Assembly: GCA_965206645.1 (NCBI GenBank)
Contig: CBDBKE010000004.1
Location: 1,536,001-1,600,000, forward strand
Length of the DNA stretch: 64,000 nt
Reading direction: 5' to 3'
Source of the DNA: Terriglobia bacterium
GTDB lineage: Bacteria; Acidobacteriota; Terriglobia; JAJPHL01; JAPKYU01
Positions 1 to 8,746 of the stretch are shown piece after piece; within the stretch, counting starts at the first letter, position 1, and the number at the start of each line of letters is the position of its first letter. The notes beneath the pieces were generated by a model, which saw nothing but the letters and a program-made list of their open reading frames with translations, ran no database searches and was not told where the DNA came from. The translations under genes were made by a program, and so were the position numbers.

Positions 1-458
1 GTGAGATCTGTCATCTCGAGTGCCATTCCCGTTCCCATCATGCTCGGCGTCACGGTCACACCCTCAGGAATGTCGCGGAAAGCCACCACGAGCGAATCTG
101 TATCTCTGATCGCGCTCGCAAAACCTTCCACGAACTTGATGGTGGCTACATTCATGGTCATGTCCGATGGGGCCTCACACTGCAGGCCGGTCGCCGAGGT
201 TACCGTAATGTCGAGTCCGGTTGTCACGTCGGCGAGTTTAATCGGACTGTGTTTAATCATCACACCGTTGACACGAACTTCCGCGGTGACATCATTACCA
301 TTTCCCACCATGGAGGCGTTGGCCATGATCCCGCCGATAGTTACCGTGCTACCCGTCGCAGTGTTAGGGAAATTTATACCAGTGTTGTCGGTGGCGATAG
401 TCCAAAACGCTTCGCCAGATCGTTTGTAACTAGCTAATACCAATAGATGTACTGTTAA
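1..458 (-). pseudogene. 5'-truncated, divergent paralogue of the S-layer-like protein (runs off the window start)
   Basis: Not in the ORF track. Manual minus-strand translation gives ...STVTIGGIMANASMVGNGNDVTAEVRVNG...LADVTTGLDITVTSATGLQC...IKFVEGFASAI...VAFRDIPEGV, which aligns by eye with IIAGIRANAYMVGDDGEISAQLTVN...VSDVKTGLVVEVDDANVLQC...IMEGFVGAL...NFSGIPDGV of the 1329-2753 protein. The frame is closed upstream by TGA at 461-459, so the signal peptide and N-terminal part are missing. Confidence 0.8.
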
Positions 459-760
459 TCAACGCCCATCAATCCCCTTATTGAATCCCTCTTTGTGAAC
501 GGGAACCCATTGGCCCATTCTGGACTTTTGTAGACCGGTTTGCGAGCAATCCACCCTGAGTCCGGGAGTCCGAGGCGGTTGAGTAGGGTGGCAATCTCCG
601 TGTGCTGCGAATCGGAGATTCGCTGGCTGTGCCGCTGTGCTTCAGCGGCCCGATAGTCGGCCGCGTGCGAACCATCACGACGAGCCTTCACGACCTGTGT
701 GGAATGGGTGCTCGCGGACCGCAGTGTTTTCAGCTCTTTTGTCATCGCGTGACCCCGCAA
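455..760 (-). CDS. hypothetical ORF or gene fragment
   Basis: 101-aa ORF with no recognised motif. Confidence 0.2.
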   Translation of the reverse strand: MRGHAMTKELKTLRSASTHSTQVVKARRDGSHAADYRAAEAQRHSQRISDSQHTEIATLLNRLGLPDSGWIARKPVYKSPEWANGFPFTKRDSIRGLMGVD

Positions 761-1004
761 GTCTAGCTAGATGGAAGTGGCTGCCTATCATATCAAGCCA
801 AAGTTGCACATTCAAAGCTATTCAGCCGAATCGCAGCGGCTTGGACAGGCTACTGCGGTCATTGCAAGTCGCCCTCGGCACCCTGCGGGTGTGCCTCATC
901 GAGTTCCGGATCGCCCTCACCCCTGCGGACCGAGCGCTCGACGAGATCGACCCGCCGCCTCAGATCGGCCAGCCCGGCGGTTCGGGCGGCGCCGCCTACC
1001 CTTA

Positions 1005-1325
1005 GCGTACAAGCCTACCAGACTGTACGCTCTACAAGACAGGCAGGAAAAATGAGCACAGGCTTACCAGCCTATGCTCTCCAGGGGGCAGGCAGGAATG
1101 CCTACCCTACCTTTTGAAAAGGAAAAAAAGGGAGCCTCGTCTGGATGAGGCTCCCCTGTAGTTTTCGGTCTTGGCGTTCAGGCGCACACACGCCGTCAGG
1201 CAGGAAGCGAGTACAGGCCTTGCGGCCTGTACTCTACGCCTAAGCGCAACCGAAGGAGATGGAAACTGAGCACAGGCCTTAGCGGCCTGTGCTCTCTACA
1301 ACCCAGGCAGGAATGCCTGCCGCTA
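1005..1325. repeat. cluster of GTAG-type REP-like palindromes (two families)
   Basis: Family 1 is GAG(C/T)ACAGGCC-n-GGCCTGT(G/A)CTC(TC)TAC at 1209-1237 and 1268-1299, degenerate at 1005-1035 and 1054-1082. Family 2 is GGCAGGCAGGAATGCCT(A/G)CC..CTAC at 1087-1110 and 1305-1325. The best copies read GTAG + hairpin on the minus strand. Confidence 0.7.
1123..1155 (-). terminator. Rho-independent terminator of S-layer-like gene copy 1
   Basis: GGGAGCCTC-loop-GAGGCTCCC stem followed by T7 on the minus strand. Confidence 0.85.
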
Positions 1326-1328
1326 TGC

Positions 1329-2753
1329 TTAGTCCTTCACGATGGCCAGGTAGCCCTGCGCTGCCGTGGGGCCGCTCTCCTTACCGAAGCCGTTGGTGAT
1401 GTAGGCGAAGCCCTGGCCGTTTTCAAAGTCACAGTTCACATCGAGAAAACCCTGGAAGCCCATAGCGATCGCCGACAACAGGTAAGTCTCGCTGCCCCAG
1501 GACGGGACCTCCATCGTCTCCATATCGGCGGGATTGTCCTCCGCACCATAGAACTTGATCTCGCAAGTTCCGCCATAGTTGGAAGCGTTCGTGAAGGCGA
1601 TCCCGGTGTCAAAGTATTCCGCGTTGGTCACGAACGGAAAGAGCAGGCTCGTCTCGCAGGGATCGAATCCGATGACCCGCTCGGCAGCGGCATCAGCGAA
1701 CTGCGGATTTTCATTAGTGGCAGCACTGACGAAACCCACGCTCACCATGCCGTCGGCGATCATGGTGTCTTCTTCCCACGTGAAGCTCACCATTAACGTA
1801 TTTCCCTGAGTCATATCATTCGCATTGGTAACGGTGTAAGTGATATCACCATCTCCATCGTTATCCAATGCAACCTCGACCATGGTTCCAGCGGCGGGCT
1901 CGTCGCCTTCACCGGTCAGCGTGACTTTCATGCCATCTACTGCGTTCTCGGTCATGTTGTTGGCAGCATGGGTGATCATGAATTCCACGCCGTCCGGGAT
2001 GCCGGAGAAATTGACTTCCACCATGTTGTAGGGAGCATCGTTGCTCAACGCCCCTACAAAGCCTTCCATGATCGAGATGCTGGCCATTCCGGTGGTTCCG
2101 ACCCGGCATTGCAAAACGTTGGCATCGTCCACCTCGACGACCAGTCCGGTTTTGACATCCGAGACATCGAACGCCCCCGGCGACACGGACTTGGTGTTCA
2201 CAGTGAGTTGGGCGGATATCTCTCCGTCGTCTCCCACCATGTAGGCGTTGGCTCGGATGCCGGCGATGATCACATTGAAACCGTTGCCGCCAGTTCCCAA
2301 GCCGAGAGCTTCGCCGCTGAGTTCCTCCCACACGACAGTGTTCGGGTCCTCATCTTCATCAATCATCGGGCCGTCACCGTCGTCGGCAGCCAAAAACACG
2401 TCATCGTCTATACCAGCGCCGCCTTCCGTATTCCCAGTACTGGTCAACTGAACAGCCTCAACATAGGCCAAGTCATCCAGGCTGGTGATTGGAGTGTTCA
2501 GCGTAACGCTTAAGGTGAAATCGGTTATTGCAAACAGCGAGCCGGTGTCCTCTGAAGGCACGGACCGCAGCTCGATGCCGCCGATCATTTCGGTCATGCC
2601 CTCGGCGCGCACATTGGCCACTGCATTGTCACCCGTAGCTTTTCGCGCCTCGCACCGTTGCGCCTGGGCCACGCTGCTGCTCAACACGATAGCCGCCAGC
2701 AGGGACAGCATGACGATGCCGCTTCTAAAAACTGCTTTCCTAATCTTTGCCAT
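1329..2753 (-). CDS. secreted acidic S-layer-like / surface protein, intact copy (474 aa)
   Basis: ATG at 2753 with AAGGGGA SD; Sec signal MAKIRK...SSSVAQA|Q; very D/E/G/T/V-rich; C-terminal C-ETSLLFPFVTN..FDTGIAFTN..C..FYG..GFQG..C.F..GQGFAYI motif recalled from conserved Bryobacterales surface proteins. S-layer function is inferred. Confidence 0.75.
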   Translation of the reverse strand: MAKIRKAVFRSGIVMLSLLAAIVLSSSVAQAQRCEARKATGDNAVANVRAEGMTEMIGGIELRSVPSEDTGSLFAITDFTLSVTLNTPITSLDDLAYVEAVQLTSTGNTEGGAGIDDDVFLAADDGDGPMIDEDEDPNTVVWEELSGEALGLGTGGNGFNVIIAGIRANAYMVGDDGEISAQLTVNTKSVSPGAFDVSDVKTGLVVEVDDANVLQCRVGTTGMASISIMEGFVGALSNDAPYNMVEVNFSGIPDGVEFMITHAANNMTENAVDGMKVTLTGEGDEPAAGTMVEVALDNDGDGDITYTVTNANDMTQGNTLMVSFTWEEDTMIADGMVSVGFVSAATNENPQFADAAAERVIGFDPCETSLLFPFVTNAEYFDTGIAFTNASNYGGTCEIKFYGAEDNPADMETMEVPSWGSETYLLSAIAMGFQGFLDVNCDFENGQGFAYITNGFGKESGPTAAQGYLAIVKD

Positions 2754-3067
2754 TGTTGTTTTCCCCTTCGATGCTTGAATCGTACTGGTTGAAACTTCCT
2801 GCAAAACTTTCTCTTCCTGCCGATCGATCTAAAACTGCGTTGGATTACAGGCGGGGCAGGCAGGAACGCTTGCCGCTACCTGAATGCCTGTCCTACCTGA
2901 ACGTTTTTGAATGCAACATCAACTCGCCGACTTTCTGCTTAATCTGCTTCCTTCATCTATGTTGCAGCAACAAACTCCAGGGTCGATTTGCTCTATATGC
3001 GGATCTACGGTCATTCAAATTCCAGAAATGTCCATATTGTTCCATGAACGTCTATTAGTATATTTAT

Positions 3068-3080
3068 AATCAATTGGTTA
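3068..3080 (+). promoter_or_regulatory. IHF-binding consensus upstream of the integrase
   Basis: AATCAATTGGTTA is an exact match to WATCAANNNNTTR, in an AT-rich tract. Confidence 0.55.
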
Positions 3081-3134
3081 CATGATTTCTTCAGTGACTC
3101 GACTTGCTCATAACATCTCTTGCAATCCATGACT

Positions 3135-3155
3135 TTCCCATATTTAATATGGGAA
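3135..3155. promoter_or_regulatory. perfect palindrome overlapping the integrase -10/start (operator-like)
   Basis: TTCCCATATT-T-AATATGGGAA; TTGCAA-17-TTTAAT promoter-like sequence at 3120-3148. Confidence 0.45.
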
Positions 3156-4387
3156 TGAATAATGTAAATATCACACCAAAATTACCCCGAAAAACCAAAC
3201 CCAAGGGCCGCCATCCACACAAGGCCCTGTCGGCCTCCTTCGTCCGCTCGGCCCCGCCGGGAAGACATGCCGACGGCAACGGGTTGTATCTGTTCGTCCA
3301 GCCGACCGGAACCCGAAGCTGGATTCAGCGGCTCGTCGTTCGCGGCCGCAAGCGCGAGCTCGGACTCGGTAGCGTCTACCTGGTTTCGCTGGTTGAGGCC
3401 CGGGAGAAGGCGCTGGCCAATCGCAAGTTGGCGCGTGAAGGCGGGGACCCGCTGGCGGAGAAGCGCCGCACCGAGGGCGTACCCAGCTTTGCCGAAGCCG
3501 CCGAGCGCGTGCTGCAACAGAAGAAATCCGGCTGGCGAAGTTCGGATTACGGTTTTGAGTGGATTTCGAGCCTGAGACGGTACGCTTTCCTGCGCATCGC
3601 TAAGATGCCGGTTTCAGAGGTCAACAGCGCCGATGTTTTGGAGATCCTCACGCCCATCTGGCATGCGAAGGCGCCCACAGCCCGGCTCGTCCACCAACGC
3701 ATCCACGCGGTGTTGGAATGGGCGGTAGCGATGGAGTTTCGCATCGACAACCCATGTGACCGGGTCGTACCGGTGCTCGGTACCCAACACGATGTCGTGC
3801 AACATATGCGGGCATTGCCCCACCGGGAGGTGCCGGCGGCCATCGAGAGGGTCCGGGCGTCGAATGCGAGGCCGGTCGTGAAGCTGGCGTTGGAGTTCCT
3901 GGTGCTGACGGCGGCGCGGTGGGGCGAGGTACGTGGGGCGGTGTGGACGGAGATCGATTGGGACGAGGGTGTGTGGACGATTTCCACCACGCGGATGAAG
4001 GCGAAGCGCCAGCACCGGGTACCGCTGTGTGGCCGCGCCATGGAGATTCTCGATGCGGTTCGGACGCTCCGGGAGGGAATCAGTCCACTCGTGTTCACCC
4101 ACCGGCGCGGGAAGCCGCTAAACGATATGGAGTTGCGCCTCCTGCTCAAGAAGCAGAAGATCACGGCCGTGCCGCACGGTTTCAGGTCCAGCTTCCGGGA
4201 CTGGGCGGCCGAGGAGACGGATCATCCCCGGGAGGTGATCGAGGCGGCCCTGGCGCATATGGTCCGGAACAAGGTCGAGGCGGCCTATAGGCGTACGGAC
4301 CTGTTTGAGCGGCGGCGTATCCTGATGGACGACTGGGCGCGCTATCTAGCCCAAGGGACGGCGACAGATTCAGAGCTCCCACGATAA
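3155..4387 (+). CDS. tyrosine integrase, P4/IntA-like with an arm-binding N-terminal domain
   Basis: DGNGLYLFVQPTGTRSW arm domain; catalytic R (TAARWGE), K (MKAK), HGFR, LAH and Y (AYRR) all present; start uncertain (3104/3149/3155). Confidence 0.92.
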   Translation: MNNVNITPKLPRKTKPKGRHPHKALSASFVRSAPPGRHADGNGLYLFVQPTGTRSWIQRLVVRGRKRELGLGSVYLVSLVEAREKALANRKLAREGGDPLAEKRRTEGVPSFAEAAERVLQQKKSGWRSSDYGFEWISSLRRYAFLRIAKMPVSEVNSADVLEILTPIWHAKAPTARLVHQRIHAVLEWAVAMEFRIDNPCDRVVPVLGTQHDVVQHMRALPHREVPAAIERVRASNARPVVKLALEFLVLTAARWGEVRGAVWTEIDWDEGVWTISTTRMKAKRQHRVPLCGRAMEILDAVRTLREGISPLVFTHRRGKPLNDMELRLLLKKQKITAVPHGFRSSFRDWAAEETDHPREVIEAALAHMVRNKVEAAYRRTDLFERRRILMDDWARYLAQGTATDSELPR

Positions 4388-4460
4388 ACAAGGGTTGAAG
4401 CTAGTCAGCAGGAAGGGCATCTAATCGGCGGCAGGTCTTGATTGTCGTCTTAGCCGAATT

Positions 4461-4748
4461 GTGTTCTTCGGCAGCCATTCCGTCTTCACTCGCATCATCG
4501 ACGCCGACACCGTGGAGATTGCCGGTGAAAAGTTGCGCCTGGAGGGGATTGATGCGCCGGAATCAAGGCAGACATGCAAGCGTGACGGGAAGCGCTACGA
4601 TTGCGGAAAGGAGGCGACTTCGGCACTGCGTGTGAAGATCGGCAAAGCATCCATAACGTGCAAGGGTGACACGAGGGACCAGTACGACCGTTTGATTGCC
4701 GTCTGCTACCTGGACGACATAGACTTGAGTGGAAAAAGCGTCGAGTAA
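4461..4748 (+). pseudogene. thermonuclease (SNase-like) fragment
   Basis: IIDADTVEIAGEKLRLEGIDAPE..Q.C...D.YDRLIAVC; lacks the N-terminal signal and the C-terminal part. Confidence 0.75.
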
Positions 4749-4883
4749 ACGCGAGACAAAGCCGACTGTTCTGGCGGCGTAATTCTCTCGCTCTTGTCGG
4801 GAATCGATTGCGCGGTGCGGTCCCTCAGGGGAAGGGCGAGGTTCTCGGCGTCGCTGAGTCCATCGGTTGCGAGAAGCGCCCAT

Positions 4884-5216
4884 TCACGGATGCGCCGGTG
4901 TTTCTTCAGCGACCGCGCGCGGGTGAACGTCGATCTGCACGTCCACGTGCTGGCCGAGCTTGTTGAGCACGGTCATAAGGCGATCGATCGTGAAGCGGTC
5001 TAGTTTCGCGTTGCGGATGCGCGAGTAGTCGGCATGGGGGATACCCGTCTTCTCCTGTGCCTTGCGCGTGGAGAGACCTTCATCATCGAGAATGCCGATT
5101 ATTTGCGTAGCCAGAAGCGCCTTGATCTGCTGTACGTCAGCGTCCGGGTAGCCGAAATCGCGAAAGACGTTGCCGCTGCCGCGCACAAGCTCAAAATCGT
5201 CGTCAGGTTTGGTCAT
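4884..5216 (-). CDS. XRE/HTH antitoxin (HigA-like)
   Basis: GSGNVFRDFGYPDA...SRIRNAKLDRFTIDRL; 4-nt overlap with the upstream toxin. Confidence 0.85.
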   Translation of the reverse strand: MTKPDDDFELVRGSGNVFRDFGYPDADVQQIKALLATQIIGILDDEGLSTRKAQEKTGIPHADYSRIRNAKLDRFTIDRLMTVLNKLGQHVDVQIDVHPRAVAEETPAHP

Positions 5217-5566
5217 TGCTGTAGGTCCTTCTTCAGTCGTTTAAGCCGCTCGCGGATGAGATCGAGTTCTTTATTCTGGGTTTTGATTCCTTGCTTCGCC
5301 TTCTTCTGGAAGGCGTGCAACACCCAAACGTCATCCCCGATTTGCAGAGCGTAGACCGTCCGATACGCATCGGTTCGGTACTTCAGGGCCACCTCAAACA
5401 CGCCGGATCCGAAACCCTTCATTGGCTTGGCGAGGTCGTGCTTGCGGCCTTCGGCCGCAGTCGTCAGCACTCGCAAAATCTCGTCTCGTGCACCTTTCGG
5501 AAAGCCCCTGAACGCTTTGTTCGCCGCCTTGATCCATGAGATCGGCCGTGTGTTGCTGCTTCTCAT
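5213..5566 (-). CDS. RelE/ParE (Gp49/HigB-like) toxin
   Basis: RPISWIKAA...AKPMKGFGSGVFEVAL...AYRTVY...VLHAFQKK; toxin-first gene order. Confidence 0.85.
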   Translation of the reverse strand: MRSSNTRPISWIKAANKAFRGFPKGARDEILRVLTTAAEGRKHDLAKPMKGFGSGVFEVALKYRTDAYRTVYALQIGDDVWVLHAFQKKAKQGIKTQNKELDLIRERLKRLKKDLQQ

Positions 5567-5596
5567 AGGCCATGTTTTCATATTTGACAACAGTAG

Positions 5597-5872
5597 TCAA
5601 ACAGGAACGTAGTGTCCACGATTTGGATCACCTGGTCCCAGGCTGCGTCCCAGACACGACAACTCGCTGACCAGCAGGCGATCACCCGGCTGAAGCACTA
5701 CCAGCACCTCCTCGATGCGGCGCTCGAGGGGACTCTTTCGCGACGAGATGCGGGCCTCGATGAATTCGTCGACAGTGCAGCGGCATTTCTGGCTGAACTC
5801 CAGGATGGCCAGTTTCTGGTTTGCTAGGTCCTGCGAACGAGTGGAGACGCGGAGGTAGGCGACGGTTTTCAA
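5597..5872 (-). pseudogene. serine resolvase N-terminal fragment (frameshifted, truncated)
   Basis: KTVAYLRVST..QDL.NQK...LQPGDRLLVSELS.LGRSLG; the continuation QVIQIVDT is in another frame and then stops. Confidence 0.8.
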
Positions 5873-5893
5873 TGCTGTGTCCAAGAAAAGGTG

Positions 5894-6774
5894 GAGGATG
5901 TCCGTTAATTCGTAGAAAGTAGCGACTCTCAACCCCGGCCATACTGTGCCGGGGGTCATTTTCTGCCAAGAAAAGGAGAGAGTCGCTATGAAGAGAAGAT
6001 ACCAGATCGAAGGCCATCGTGCGGTGCAGAGTTTTCGCCGCTGGGCGGCCGAGAAAAACCCGAACATTCAGATGCTCCTGCCGCTGGCCGAGGTGGTGAG
6101 CCTGCTGCAAGAAGGAGTGGGACACCTTTTGCGGGAGGCCGGGCTGGCGTTGATGAACCTGGTGATGGAGGAGGAAGTGCGGCAGCTAGCCGGAGAGCGG
6201 CAGCAGCAACACTCGGGCCGCCGCGCCCACCGCTGGGGGAAGGAAGCGGGTTACTGCGTGGTGGACGGGCAGAAGGTGCCGATCCGCAGAACCCGTCTGC
6301 GGAACCAGCAGAACCGCGAGCAGCGGCTAGGAAGTTATGAACTGTTTCAGCGGAGCGCGCCGCTGGAGCGGAGGGTGTGGGACACGATGATGCGGGGGCT
6401 CTCGACGCGGAACTACGGCGCGGTGGTGAAAGAGTTTCAGCAAGCCTACGGGATCGAGAAGTCGGCGGTGAGCGAGAACTTCGTCGCGGCCAGCCGGGAG
6501 AAGTTGCGGGAGTTGCTGGAGCGGCCCCTGGGCGAGTTGCGGCTATGCGCCGTGCTGATCGACGGCACGCCGTTCCGGGACCGCCAGATGATGGTGGCGC
6601 TGGGGATCGGCTGGGACGGGCGCAAAACGGTGTTGGGGCTGCGCGAGGGAGCAACCGAGAACGCCACGGTGGTTAGCGAGCTGCTCAGTGATCTGGCCGG
6701 ACGCGGCCTGGACTTCGGCGTGCCCCGCCTGTATGTGCTGGATGGCAGTAAGGCGCTGGCTGCGGCGGGGTGCG
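5894..6774 (+). mobile_element. IS256-family element, 3'-truncated
   Basis: Left IR-like GAGGATGTCC..GTAGAAAGT at 5894; transposase interrupted by a second IS256. Confidence 0.8.
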
Positions 6775-6797
6775 GAGGGTGTCCTGAACTCAGTTGA
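5988..6797 (+). pseudogene. IS256-family transposase, truncated
   Basis: GLSTRNY, VLIDG, ALGI..DGRKTVLGLREGATEN, VLDGSKAL; C-terminal catalytic region missing. Confidence 0.85.
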
Positions 6798-8224
6798 AAG
6801 TTCGTAGCGGCGGTTCGGAGCCATCATACTACGCCACCTCCCGTCGAGTGGCCGACTTTGATCCTTCGAGGATCGCTTTCAACATCCACAGGTCCTGGTA
6901 CCCCATCAGGCGGCGGAAGTTTTTCTCCGTGGCCAGGAAGCTGGAGGCGACCCAGCGCTGGACCATGGCCGCATCCCGCCAGCGGCACACCCGGCGAGTT
7001 CGCAACCTCACTCCCGCCTGCGGACTCTCGATGAGATTGGTGGTGGCCAGACAGCGATGTAGCGAAGCCGGAAGCCCCAGCCGGTTGATGGTGAAACATT
7101 CCTCCAGACCCTCCCGTAAGCTGGCCGCCGCGGCCGGACAATCTCGCTCCAACCATTGGGCCAACTTCTCCAGCTTGGCCCTGCCGGTCTTCGGATCCAA
7201 CCGCCAGGCGGCCCGCATCGCCGCCCGCACCTGGTCCCGCTCTGGCTCCGGCAACCGGTCCAGGACGTTGCGCAACTTGTGGGCGCGGCAGCGCTGCACC
7301 GGCTGCTCGGCCCCGAACACGGCGCGGATCGCCGCCCGCAAGGCCTTCGAGCCGTCGATCACAAACAGCCGTTTCTGGGCCGGCTGCACCCCTCGCCGCA
7401 CTAAACCTTCCAGCAAGTCCTGGACGGCCGCGGCGTTCTCCGTAGCCCCCTGCTGAATCCCCAGCACGTGCTTGTGCCCTTCCGCATCCACGCCCACAGC
7501 CGCAATCACGTGATGGTCGCCAAACACTATCCCGTCGATGTAGAGGATCAGCAACTCTACTTCCTCGAAGCGGCGGTTCAACAGACGTTCTAACTCGGCT
7601 GCGGCAGCCTCCATCGTTTCCCGGCTGACCGTGGAGCGCGACACACCCACGGTGTCCGCCATCTCCGGCAACACCCGCTGGTACTGCCGGGTCGAGACGC
7701 CCCGCAGCAAGATATCCAACATCCGGGCCCCCAGACCCTCGCCCTCCTGCATGGCTTCGTAGGCCGGGAGGGGAACTTCTTTCCCCGCTCCCCGGCCTGG
7801 CCGCCGGAGCCGTGGCCTGTGCACGGCCAGCTTTCTCTCCTCGAAGCGGCGGTCAGGCGCACCCGTCCCCGCTGGCGCCCATACCAGCCCACCCCACGGC
7901 GCCGCCGGCCCTGACGGCGTGGACCGGCCACCTGCGCGGCCGACAACTCCAGCACCGCTTCAATCGCCGCCCTACCCACCACGTCGATCAGCTCGTCGAC
8001 GGCTAACCGCGATTGTTCGATCAACTCCACCCAGGGCAGCAGAAACTGCCCGTGGCGAGCCAGGTAGGCAGCCAGTTTGCGGGAGCTTCGGCTATCGCTC
8101 CGGCCTAGGATGTGGTAGCTTCTCTGCACGGCGGTTCCCCTTTCCAGAAAGTTTCCCAACCCGATTCTACGGAACCAGGTCAGCGAACCGCCGCTCAACT
8201 TTCAACTAAAGGTGAGACACTCTC
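6775..8224 (-). mobile_element. IS256-family element (1450 bp)
   Basis: Imperfect ~40-bp terminal IRs GAGGGTGTCCTGAACTCAGTTGAAAGTT..AGCGGCGGTTCG / GAGAGTGTCTCACCTTTAGTTGAAAGTT.AGCGGCGGTTCG; no target duplication seen. Confidence 0.9.
6829..8129 (-). pseudogene. IS256-family transposase with a frameshift near 7845
   Basis: N-terminal part (ORF 7590-8198) and C-terminal part (ORF 6829-7824: YIDG, VIDGSKAL, QRCRAHKLRN, TTNLIES) are in different frames. Confidence 0.85.
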
Positions 8225-8540
8225 CGATTGTCCCAGGCAAAGAAACTTTCGTCGAGCTTGTCGTGAAGCGGGGCATGTCGCAAGACTTTGTGATCCGCGG
8301 CTGCCGCTTGCTTGCGATGTTGCGGGCAACAGTGGCTGGAAGGGAACCGTACAGACGCCAGGTGATGAACAGAGCCTTCTCCTGCGGTTGCCAGTGCTGG
8401 CAGTCGTCTTCTGTAGAAAACCATGATGATGATACTGATAAGCTAAGTAGGGCAGACCTGGAGGGATATGGAGCACAGGCCTTATCGGCCCATGCTCTCC
8501 AGGGGGCAGGCAGGAATGCTTACCCTACCTTTTGAAAAGG

Positions 8541-8573
8541 AAAAAAAGGGAGCCTCGTCTGGATGAGGCTCCC
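8541..8573 (-). terminator. Rho-independent terminator of S-layer-like gene copy 2
   Basis: Identical to 1123-1155. Confidence 0.85.
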
Positions 8574-8746
8574 CTGTAGTTTTCGGTCTTGGCGTTCAGG
8601 CGCACACACGCCGTCAGGAAGGAAGCGAGTACAGGCCTTGCGGCCTGTACTCTACGCCTAAGCGCAACCGAAGGAGATGGAAACTGAGCACAGGCCTTAG
8701 CGGCCTGTGCTCTCTACAACCCAGGCAGGAATGCCTGCCGCTATGC

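Larger units (their letters stand above)
1054..3008 (+). repeat. ~1.96-kb direct repeat, copy 1 (terminator + 3'UTR + S-layer-like gene + 5' leader)
   Basis: Nearly identical to 8471-10437 from GAGCACAGG.. to ..CTATATGCGGA(T/C)CTAC; differences are clustered in patches. Confidence 0.95.

Noticed and set aside
1-429. Plus-strand 142-aa ORF
   Set aside because: Antisense shadow of the S-layer-like paralogue fragment.
1005-1325. CRISPR array
   Set aside because: The palindromic units are degenerate, of two families and irregularly spaced; no cas genes.
3009-5600. Integron with cassettes, or a tRNA/tmRNA attachment site
   Set aside because: The integrase is P4-like with an arm domain, not IntI; no attC structures or tRNA-like sequence recognised.
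8225-8470. Coding remnant after the IS256
   Set aside because: No frame gave a recognisable motif.
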